This document shows, one piece after another, positions 41,080-49,658 of a DNA stretch of 64,000 bases. The number at the start of each line of letters is the position of its first letter. The stretch's first letter is position 1. The stretch is from a virus (Duplodnaviria; Caudoviricetes). The stretch lies in the IMG/VR virus record IMGVR_UViG_3300035498_000371, positions 174,844-238,843 of that record. One strand, 5' to 3'. Position numbers and translations under genes: made by a program. A model generated the notes under the pieces. It saw only the letters and a list, made by a program, of their open reading frames with translations. It had not been told where the DNA came from and did no database searches.

Positions 41080-41445
41080 TTATGTGTATGATCTGGAAAT
41101 TCTCTCTATACAATCTGCTGGAGAACTCCCATCCCATAAAGGAGCTCTTTCGAGCTCCTTACATTTAAATTTATCCCAGTATTCCATTTGATAATGGTAA
41201 GTTGCTTGTCCTTCAGGAGTACTGATGCCTACAATGAAATATCCATCATACATGCTTCCATCGCTATGCTGTTTAGATTTCCAGGAGTTGGCGCTATAAA
41301 CGTTTACTAACGCTGCAAATAGAACCATTCTATGATAATATAATTCTTTGAAAGTATGATCTCCATCTGATACATTATCAAAATTGTCTTGAGTTTTCAT
41401 TATATGGATATTTCTATCCATCAAAGTTTGATCTACCATATTCAC
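41080..41445 (-). CDS. Conserved phage hypothetical protein (SDGxHTF..ELY..WDG type)
   Basis: VSDGDHTFKELYYHR, WKSKQH, GQATYHY, APLWDG. Confidence 0.65.
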   Translation of the reverse strand: MNMVDQTLMDRNIHIMKTQDNFDNVSDGDHTFKELYYHRMVLFAALVNVYSANSWKSKQHSDGSMYDGYFIVGISTPEGQATYHYQMEYWDKFKCKELERAPLWDGSSPADCIERISRSYT

Positions 41446-41463
41446 TTTCTCCCACTTATCTAT

Positions 41464-44400
41464 TTACATAGATACTCTTTCTGATATTTCTGCTAACTTA
41501 CCTTCATTGTACCTGCTCTTATTCTTGATTCTGGTATATCCGATATAGCCATTCATTCTGTCTATAATGGTTAGATTAGTACTACCACATTTAGGGCATA
41601 CTTTCATCTCTACCTGTTCATGACCGCAGTCTTCGCAATAGCAAAGCTCAAGATTACAACCTTCGTAGAAACCATAACGCATCGCTCTTCTAACAATAGT
41701 CTTCTGAGCTTTAGCATTGTAATCAATCGGATAACGACAGTATTGAATTTTACCGCCATTAAACAAATCCCAGAATCTACGTTCATAATCCTGTTTCTGA
41801 ATAGGGGTAATATTCTCCCACACACCACAATGGAACGAATTAGACATATATGCATGATCTGTAACTCCTTCTACATCGCCAAACATATCTCTGAACTGGG
41901 TAACCTGTAAGGAACATAATTGTTCTCCAGGTGTAGCATAGGTAGCGTATAGAACGCCATCTTCTTTTTTAAACTGCTCTTCTTTCTTGTTTATATATTC
42001 CATTACTTCTAATGCAAACTGCCCATCTTCTATAATAGATTTTCCATTATATAATTGCTGCAATTCATTTAAACCTACTATACCAAATGAAACAGTCATT
42101 GGTTTGAGAAGATCTTTAATCTTTTCATCGGCTTTTAAATGACCGCCAAGACATCCGCCCTGCATAAACATCATTGGATTTGTACTGGCAACTTTATTGC
42201 CAAAATAATCTATAGTTTTAAGATGTAATTTTCTAATAAGCTCCAAATAATAATCAAGAACTTCATAGAAATCTTTTCCTTCTTTTCTTGCTTTAGCAAG
42301 AATCATTGATAAGTGTAGAGAAATTGCCTGAATTAACAATTTCAACAGACTATATCATATGCTGTTATAACTTATGTATACCATATCTTATAGCAGACAC
42401 CCTCGCGCTTCCCCAAATGCAATTAAGCAACCAAAGAATTTCGTCTTTGTGGTACTTTACTCTGTTACTGGGGATTATTTCTCAATAATCCTTACCATTT
42501 CAATAGTCGTTTGACTTCCTTGAATTATTGTATAATTATATCTATCGTATTCAGATCTTTTTCTAATTCCAGATATTGCGTTATGTTTAATCATATATTC
42601 TGGAGCGCCTATATCTATCAAAAAATCTTTTATAGAATCATAGATTTTATAAATACCAGTTTCTGAATCATATATTCTTATTCGTTTTGGATTTCCTCCA
42701 ATAAAGTTACCATTTAATATAGCGCTATGTATATTTTCTTTTTGTGTAACCTGCCTTAAATTTGATATATGATTATTTGACGGATTTGCATCTATATGAT
42801 CAATTACGAGGCCTTGAGATAATGGCTCTTCTCCCCATGCACTATAAACTAATCTATGTACAGAATGATGTATTTTATCTGGACCTTATATTCTTCTATA
42901 ACCTCCAGGAAGAAGTTCTTGTTTCATTAAGAATATTTTCTTTATAGTTATATTATCATCGTCATAATATGCTTGTGTTATTTGTCCATCCATACTAGCA
43001 TAATAATTATCAAGATAAGTTGATCTGAATATTTTTCCATTAATTGTAAATTGTCTTCTTACGATATAAATATTATTCATTGGTCGATACCTCCTTCATA
43101 GCTTAAAATACTGTTACCGACCATATATAATTCAAGTTTAGCACAGGATTGTTATTATAGCTACACTTAAACTATAATAGTTTCCCCTGTTAGCACACTT
43201 ATTAAATAACCATTTCCTGTTATATACTGAACGTTAAGCGCACACCCTAGATTTCTAGGTTCACGAGGTTTTCATCTACGTATCACTACGCAGCGGGGCA
43301 CATATTTCTACCCAAATTGAATCTTCCTTCATATACAGGATAATCATCTTTATCTGCTGGTTCCATACCTCCACGTACATACCATGGAGATAAAGATGCT
43401 CTACACAACTCGTATGAATATTTCTATTCTGGTTAACGAGCCTGACTATATCTTCGCTCCGGTAGCTCACACCATCAACACGCTTCGCACTTCGCTACAG
43501 TGTATCTCTGCAGCTACGATACTCTCTTCGTGCAATATAAAATTGCCTTATTCTTTATTAAAAATAAAGTTACATTTATTGATTTTTCTAGTCGATTGAC
43601 TTTCCATTATTCATTATTATAATTAATCAGCCAATAATTATAATACCAAACAATAGCTTAGCACAGGATTGACTTCAACTTTACTTGGTCAGCTTTCCCT
43701 GTTAGCACACTTATTAAATAACCATTTCCTGTTATAAACTTTAGCGTTAAGCGCACACCCGTTTACAAGACGGTTCACGAAGTTTTACATGAGCAATAGT
43801 TTTACCCATTAAGCTTATAGGAGTTTTATATTTCTTATACATGGAAGGAATATACCCCTCCCCCGTTAGACTGATATAGTCCGGATACATGGTCTTTCTA
43901 CTACACTCTAGCGCCAAATCGAATAAATATTCGAATTCTTTTCCTTCACCATGTAATTCTTCATTATAGAAGAATGATAATTTAGGGAATAATACAGGTT
44001 TTTTGAATCCTTCTTTACCCTGACCTTCCATACGAACCTTAAGAATCGATTCAATTGCAATGATGCCAAATTTAGAAGTGTCTAATCCAAAACTACATGC
44101 AATGAATGGATAATCGCCTCTAGAAGATCCTACAGTATTGAATCTCATTTCCCATGATTGGAAGCCTTGTTCCATATCTCTTCTAACTTTCTTGGTAGCA
44201 TATATATCTGCCGATTCTTCATTGTAAATGCCACCGCAATCTTCTACGATATTCTTATATTCGTCAAGATATTTATTGTAACTCTTTTCTGCATATGGAA
44301 CCACAAGACTATCGACTCTTGGAATTGTAAATCCGCCATACTGTTGAGATGCAGTAGATAAAGTTACATCACTTACCACATCAAATAATACATCCAATGT

Positions 44401-44988
44401 TTTTGGCTCGTTATACCAAACATTACCCATTTCAAATCCGCCAGTAACAATACCATGGATATCAGCGAGACAACAGTTCAGGCCATCGAGTCTATCCTTC
44501 ATATCATGAATATAAATATACCCATCGTTAGCAGCCTGTAATTCTTCTTTATTTAAGAAGAATTTTCTATATAACTCTTTATTGAGTTTTCCATAAATTA
44601 ATGATCTCTGAGTTGAGATCATAGAGCTATCAGTATTGGCATTTGATACATCTCCTATATATCTAATACTTTGAGATTTCTGGTATACTGAATCTAGCAT
44701 AGCGCAAAAATCTGTTTTATAATTTCTGTAATCCCTATAACTTTTGCTAATCTCTGGATCTATCTTATCCAGCGCCAATTCAGCAAATATATGCATTTGG
44801 GCAATTGGTATTTTACCATCATTATCGTCAGCGTATTCTTTTGCCATAGAACTTACTGATTGCTCAATAAAACTAACTTCATCATCTGTTAGCTTATGCA
44901 TACACCTTCCTGCAGATTTTCCGACAGCGACAACGACTTTATTGATATCAAAGTCTTGCTCAGTACCATCTTTTTTGATTACAACCAT
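41464..44988 (-). CDS. nrdD: Anaerobic (class III) ribonucleoside-triphosphate reductase; exons 44988-43804, 43405-43310, 42327-41464 (714 aa spliced)
   Basis: N-terminal ATP cone; YIHD; LNCC; FPKL; splicing restores LMG^CRASL and GRFNLG^AISLHL; CEDC..CPKC; glycyl-radical RMNGY. Confidence 0.93.
42328..43309 (-). mobile_element. Group I intron (982 nt) in nrdD carrying a degenerate HNH homing endonuclease
   Basis: Exon GGGU pairs with GCCC (P1); terminal G at 42328; P7 strands AAACGACUAU and GAUAUAGUC. Confidence 0.9.
42475..43080 (-). pseudogene. Intron-encoded HNH homing endonuclease with in-frame TAA
   Basis: Reading ...GGYRRI*GPDKIHHSVHRLVY..IDHIDANPSNNHISNLRQVTQKEN..; the stop at 42888-42886 precedes the HNH motif; frame ends at 42475. 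Confidence 0.85.
43406..43803 (-). mobile_element. ORF-less group I intron (398 nt) in nrdD
   Basis: Exon AUGGGU pairs with GCUCAU (P1); terminal G at 43406; P7 strands UCGACUA and AAGAUAUAGUC. Confidence 0.9.
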
Positions 44989-45201
44989 ATATCTTTACCT
45001 CCTTAAAATATAATTAAAATTTAGTTCTGGATTATTGACTTGTTGAGGTGAATTGCATATCTTGATATAAAATGTATTTTATCTTACCATTTTAATTTAT
45101 TGCTTATATAAAGAGAAACACTATAAAATAAAGCATTATGCTTAAATTTTATGGCGAAAGACATGTAAATAATTCTAATTAATTTAAGGAGGCGTAGAAA
45201 T

Positions 45202-46419
45202 ATGAGCAAAGTAAGAAAAGCAAGAGTTATAGATAATCCTAAAGACGTTCAAGAGATCGTTAATATTTCTTATGAAGAAGCATGTGAGAAAGATATCGTT
45301 ATGAGATACTTTGGAAACTTTGGGAAGGGCTCTAGATTCAACCCATATGATATTATCGTTATACCGAAAGGTAAGTATGGTAAAACAAAGAAAAACAAAA
45401 ATGAATTCACAACCACAGTTGGGTTGTGGATATTTAATAAGTCTTTCATTGAACCGTTTTCCGATATTATCGGCTATATTAATGAGCCTGTTACAGCAGA
45501 CAAATATGAAGAGATTAACCAGGAGCTTTCATATGCTAGATTAGAGGATAAGATTTCTCTAGAAGATCTTAAGAATTTTATAGTTCAGTCTCAGATTCTT
45601 ATGAGTTGCTGTTCGGCAATAGCTCCATCTCATACAGAGATTATGTTTAGCATGAATACAGATATAGATAGGAAGAAGAGAGAATTAGAGAAGAAGTATG
45701 AAAAAGAGTTAGCAGCAAAAGATCTTAATGCTGCTAAAGCAATGGAAGATGAATTAATAGACTATGCTAAGGATTTAATGAAAGATGATCCTGCAGTAGA
45801 TATGTTTAATTCTGGAGCTCGTTCCTCTTGGGGAAACAATTTCAAGAATATGTATGTATGCCGTGGACCAATTCATCTTACAGATGGCTCATATGATATT
45901 GTAACTTCATCTTACATGGATGGGCTAGATCCAAAAGATTTTGCTAAAGTAAATGATGCAGCTGTTGGTGGTCCATATTCTAGATCAAGAAAGACCCAAG
46001 ATGGTGGTTATAAAGAGAAACAGTTTACAAATGCTACTCAGCATATTAAAGTTCTTCCTGCAGGTAGCGATTGTGGCACTAAGAGATATATTAACGTTAC
46101 TCTTACTAATAAGAATATTAAAGATTGGATGTACTGTTTTGTAATCGGCAATAACGGAAATCTTACAGAAATTACATCAGAAAACAAAGATAAATTTATT
46201 GGTAAGACTGTAAAGATGAGATTCTCCAGCATGTGCGCCAATAAGAAAGATGGAGCTATATGTGAAAAATGTATGGGCTCATTATACAACCGTATTGGTA
46301 TTACCAATGTGGGTTTAGGTACAATGATAATGATGAGCCAGACCAAAAATGCCGCCATGCGGCGCTTCCACGATTCGAGTCTTAAACTTAACTCATTAGA
46401 CCCAGATGACATATTCTAA
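45202..46419 (+). CDS. rpoC: Phage multisubunit RNA polymerase beta'-like subunit, C-terminal part
   Basis: TTVG, SGAR, bridge-helix-like SRKTQDGGY, DCGT, Zn site RFSSMC..ICEKCMG, NVG, trigger-loop-like AMRRFH. Confidence 0.85.
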   Translation: MSKVRKARVIDNPKDVQEIVNISYEEACEKDIVMRYFGNFGKGSRFNPYDIIVIPKGKYGKTKKNKNEFTTTVGLWIFNKSFIEPFSDIIGYINEPVTADKYEEINQELSYARLEDKISLEDLKNFIVQSQILMSCCSAIAPSHTEIMFSMNTDIDRKKRELEKKYEKELAAKDLNAAKAMEDELIDYAKDLMKDDPAVDMFNSGARSSWGNNFKNMYVCRGPIHLTDGSYDIVTSSYMDGLDPKDFAKVNDAAVGGPYSRSRKTQDGGYKEKQFTNATQHIKVLPAGSDCGTKRYINVTLTNKNIKDWMYCFVIGNNGNLTEITSENKDKFIGKTVKMRFSSMCANKKDGAICEKCMGSLYNRIGITNVGLGTMIMMSQTKNAAMRRFHDSSLKLNSLDPDDIF

Positions 46420-46554
46420 TTAAGCCTATTACGTGCAATTACAAAAATTCAACTAAATTATAATCTTTACTAATAATGTTTGTACTGCATTATTTATGTT
46501 TTTTACTTAATACATAAACATATTTATTAAATTTAAATATGGAGGTTATAATTT

Positions 46555-47502
46555 ATGAAAAGATCTAAAGATCCTTACGAGAAAAGATTTTTTGGAGTTG
46601 CTAGTAGAGGTAACCCAAGACCATATACTCGGCGAGAATATAATGCATGGTATTGTATGGTCCGCAGATGCTATTATCCAAAAGATAAATCATATAAATC
46701 ATATGGTGCAAAAGGAGTTCGTGTATGCGATAGATGGTTATGCCTTGAATATTTTTTGGAAGATATTCAAAAATTACCAAATTATAAAAAATTTATTACC
46801 ACTGGAGAATATAATCTGGATAAGGATATGAAGCAAATTAATAAATTATCTTCAGAAATAGTTTATTCTCCGGAAGTATGCCAATTTATACCAAGGATAC
46901 AAAATTCTAAAATGAATTCATTGCATAAAGAAGAATTAGAAAATAAAAGTAGCATATATTATGGTGTAACAAAAACAAGAACTGGTAATTTTACATCCTG
47001 CATATATAAAGATAGCACAAGATACTTTCTTGGAACTTATGATGATGAAATAGCTGCAGCAACAGTATATAACTACGTGGAAAAACAATGCGCTTATTAT
47101 CCAAAGCTTAATTTAGGTATTCCAAAAATGGATATTAATGATGCATTTTCTCATTTGGTAGGTATAAAATGCCCTACGTTCCCTCCAAATTTTAATGCTA
47201 CGTGTTTGGATATAAATATCCAAAAACAAAATCCATATTTCGGAGTTAGTATTCTTGGAGAAGATAGATATAGAGCCATATATGCCATAAATGGCAAAGC
47301 AATAAATATAGGAGTGTTTGATTCTGTCGAGGCTGCAGCTAATGCACATAATTATTACGTAAATCATTATAACCCAAATGGTTTAATAAATAAGGTCGCA
47401 TATATGACTCCAGCAACATGGTTATCTCATAAAACTACCAGTAAGAATAACGTTCAAATGTGTTCAATGGTTAAACGCCAAATGTGCACTATTATAGATT
47501 AA
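46555..47502 (+). CDS. Free-standing HNH-type homing endonuclease with two AP2 domains
   Basis: YGAKGVRVCDRW, LDKD, YSPEVC..N; YYGV..YFLGTYDDEIAAA and YFGV..INIGVFDSVEAAA. Confidence 0.8.
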   Translation: MKRSKDPYEKRFFGVASRGNPRPYTRREYNAWYCMVRRCYYPKDKSYKSYGAKGVRVCDRWLCLEYFLEDIQKLPNYKKFITTGEYNLDKDMKQINKLSSEIVYSPEVCQFIPRIQNSKMNSLHKEELENKSSIYYGVTKTRTGNFTSCIYKDSTRYFLGTYDDEIAAATVYNYVEKQCAYYPKLNLGIPKMDINDAFSHLVGIKCPTFPPNFNATCLDINIQKQNPYFGVSILGEDRYRAIYAINGKAINIGVFDSVEAAANAHNYYVNHYNPNGLINKVAYMTPATWLSHKTTSKNNVQMCSMVKRQMCTIID

Positions 47503-47521
47503 GAAAGGAGATTTTGATATT

Positions 47522-48379
47522 ATGAACTATATCGAGTCACAATTTAATGAATTAGGCGAAATTTACGATTCTTATGTTTCTCAGACTACGCATTCTGATG
47601 CAGATAGAGTCGCTTTTATAAATAATGCTTATAATAAGATTAATCTTATTAGTAAGATTATCTCTATGGCTGCAAATGGAATAAAAATAGAAGATCAAAT
47701 ATCTATTCCAGAAGAACCTAAGGTTGAAGAGAAACCTAATAAAGTAGCATCGTCTGATATGGCAGCATTAATGGGAGGAGTAGAACCAGATAATGAATCT
47801 GATACACAAGAAACTTTAGATGAAGAATCTGTAACTAATGAGCAACCAGCAATATCAGATGAAGTTAAAGAAGAAACAGCAAAATTTATAAGCCAGACTG
47901 AAAAGCTGGTTAATTCTATTAAGGAACGTATAGTAACGGATCAGAATGATTCTAATAAATCTGAAGAAGAGATTGCTCAAGCTGATGCTGAGAAAGCAAG
48001 GAAAGCTCAAGAAGCTGAAGAGTTTATTGATTCTTATGCCGATTGCGATATTGAAGAAATCTTTATCGAAGAATTTATGTCTTGGGGCGTAAGTCCTACA
48101 TATGCTGGGTGTAAGAATATTATTAAACTCATTGATCTTTGTGAGAATAATCATGAAATTAATAGAAATTCAGATATCGAAACTATTCTGTACGAACTAT
48201 CAAACGAGTGCGGTATTACTTTAACGCAGCTTACTAAAAATCTTAAATTTATTATATCTAAAGCAGACTTCTCTAAGTCTAAATTTATACCAATACTTTC
48301 TAAAATAAACGTTACTGTAGAAATATTGTTGAAAGAATTCATTGATTTTTGTGCATTTGAGGAAGAAACAGAAGAATAA
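47522..48379 (+). CDS. Acidic protein with C-terminal Spo0A effector-domain-like region
   Basis: GVSPTYAG..ILYELS..GIT..IISKA..EFI aligns by eye to Spo0A GVPAHIKG..VLYPDIA..NTT..AIEVA..EFI. Confidence 0.5.
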   Translation: MNYIESQFNELGEIYDSYVSQTTHSDADRVAFINNAYNKINLISKIISMAANGIKIEDQISIPEEPKVEEKPNKVASSDMAALMGGVEPDNESDTQETLDEESVTNEQPAISDEVKEETAKFISQTEKLVNSIKERIVTDQNDSNKSEEEIAQADAEKARKAQEAEEFIDSYADCDIEEIFIEEFMSWGVSPTYAGCKNIIKLIDLCENNHEINRNSDIETILYELSNECGITLTQLTKNLKFIISKADFSKSKFIPILSKINVTVEILLKEFIDFCAFEEETEE

Positions 48380-48492
48380 GAATGATACTGGGTATGGGTA
48401 TTTTCCCATACCCTTTATTACATTTAAATAATGGAATAAGTTAATTATTTTATATCCTATTAAAGTTCTATTATTAAGAGAGGGTGAAAGCT

Positions 48493-49083
48493 ATGAGAAA
48501 ACCTGTGAGATTAAAAGGTGAGCCACTGGATACTTATCTCCAGCGAGCTTGTAGGGCTCTTTTTAATGGCGGACACAATATCAATGAGATAGCCACAAAA
48601 ATGAAAGTTACAAATACGGAAGTATTTAATGCTATCCACGACGATATGCATTTTGTAACTAAAGATGAAGAGAAACTTATCCAATCTCTTTATTTAGATG
48701 GCATACCGGTAAGATTAATTGCTAAACAAATTGGTGTTAGTGAATACACTGTTAGAAAGAGACTTAACGGTAAAGAAAACGCATACGATGCATATGACAA
48801 TGGTGAACACATGCCAGACGTTGATCTTGAAACTATAAAGAAATTATACACTGAAGAGCACAAATCCACTAAAGCAATAGCAAGCATTCTTGACGTTTCA
48901 GAACATCGTGTACGTTATAGGCTTGAAAAGTGCGGTTTATATTCGCACTCTGGCGTTAAACCTGTAACAAAACGTGAAATTGCTAAATTCAATAAACTAT
49001 ATAAAGACGGATTGTCGCTGGCTCAAATCGCAAAGAAATGCAATAGAAATCGTAATACGGTTTCTAGATATATCAAAAAATGA
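48493..49083 (+). CDS. Multi-helix-turn-helix DNA-binding protein
   Basis: Four HTH repeats (EIATKMKV, LIAKQIGVS, AIASILDVS, QIAKKCNR). Confidence 0.75.
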   Translation: MRKPVRLKGEPLDTYLQRACRALFNGGHNINEIATKMKVTNTEVFNAIHDDMHFVTKDEEKLIQSLYLDGIPVRLIAKQIGVSEYTVRKRLNGKENAYDAYDNGEHMPDVDLETIKKLYTEEHKSTKAIASILDVSEHRVRYRLEKCGLYSHSGVKPVTKREIAKFNKLYKDGLSLAQIAKKCNRNRNTVSRYIKK

Positions 49084-49275
49084 AATGGACGCCCGATACC
49101 GTATTTGGTATCGGGCTTCATGTTGCTCACAAAATATAGTAAGAAAGGAGGTATATGATTACACATTCTTTGATTTACATATATGTTTTCCATTTGTAAA
49201 ATGATTCATAAATGATTATATAATATATTCGTGTAGTAGTATAATAATATTATCATTTTATGGAGGTAATTAGAT

Positions 49276-49587
49276 ATGGAAGAAAAATTAGCAGTAGAAA
49301 GTCTTGAGAGTTTAAACGCATATGCGGAGCAAAAGAAAGAGGAAATCAGACAACTCGCAGAGGGATGGAAAACAGCAGGATTTCCTAGATCTGGAGCTAT
49401 TGAAATTCTCGACGAGTGTTCAGGCATCATAGGATTTGCTTATGGATTAATTAATAGCATGAGCGACGAAGCATGGAAAGGATTTATTGATATTATGATG
49501 GCTGAGACAGCAGAGCAACAACCGCAAGCAAATGAGCAACCGGTATATTATCAACCATCAGAGGATGAAGAAACTGTTAGTTTATAA
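49276..49587 (+). CDS. Hypothetical protein
   Basis: GGAGG RBS, 103 aa. Confidence 0.55.
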   Translation: MEEKLAVESLESLNAYAEQKKEEIRQLAEGWKTAGFPRSGAIEILDECSGIIGFAYGLINSMSDEAWKGFIDIMMAETAEQQPQANEQPVYYQPSEDEETVSL

Positions 49588-49611
49588 TCAATCTACAAGA
49601 TACAAAAATTA

Positions 49612-49635
49612 CGGGTAGCCTTAAATGGCTACCCG
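49612..49635. terminator. Bidirectional terminator
   Basis: CGGGTAGCC-ttaaat-GGCTACCCG between convergent genes. Confidence 0.7.
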
Positions 49636-49658
49636 CTATCTTGTTTAGTTTTTATTTT

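Noticed and set aside
42306-43599. Short ORFs 42306-42488, 42762-42947, 43276-43470 and 43384-43599
   Set aside because: Antisense or out-of-frame readings across intron RNA; the real coding piece is the exon 43405-43310
37402-44988. Stop-codon reassignment, frameshifts or inteins as the cause of fragmented RNAP and nrdD ORFs
   Set aside because: Other genes read normally in the standard code and end in TAA, TAG or TGA; the gaps have group I intron cores and splice in frame
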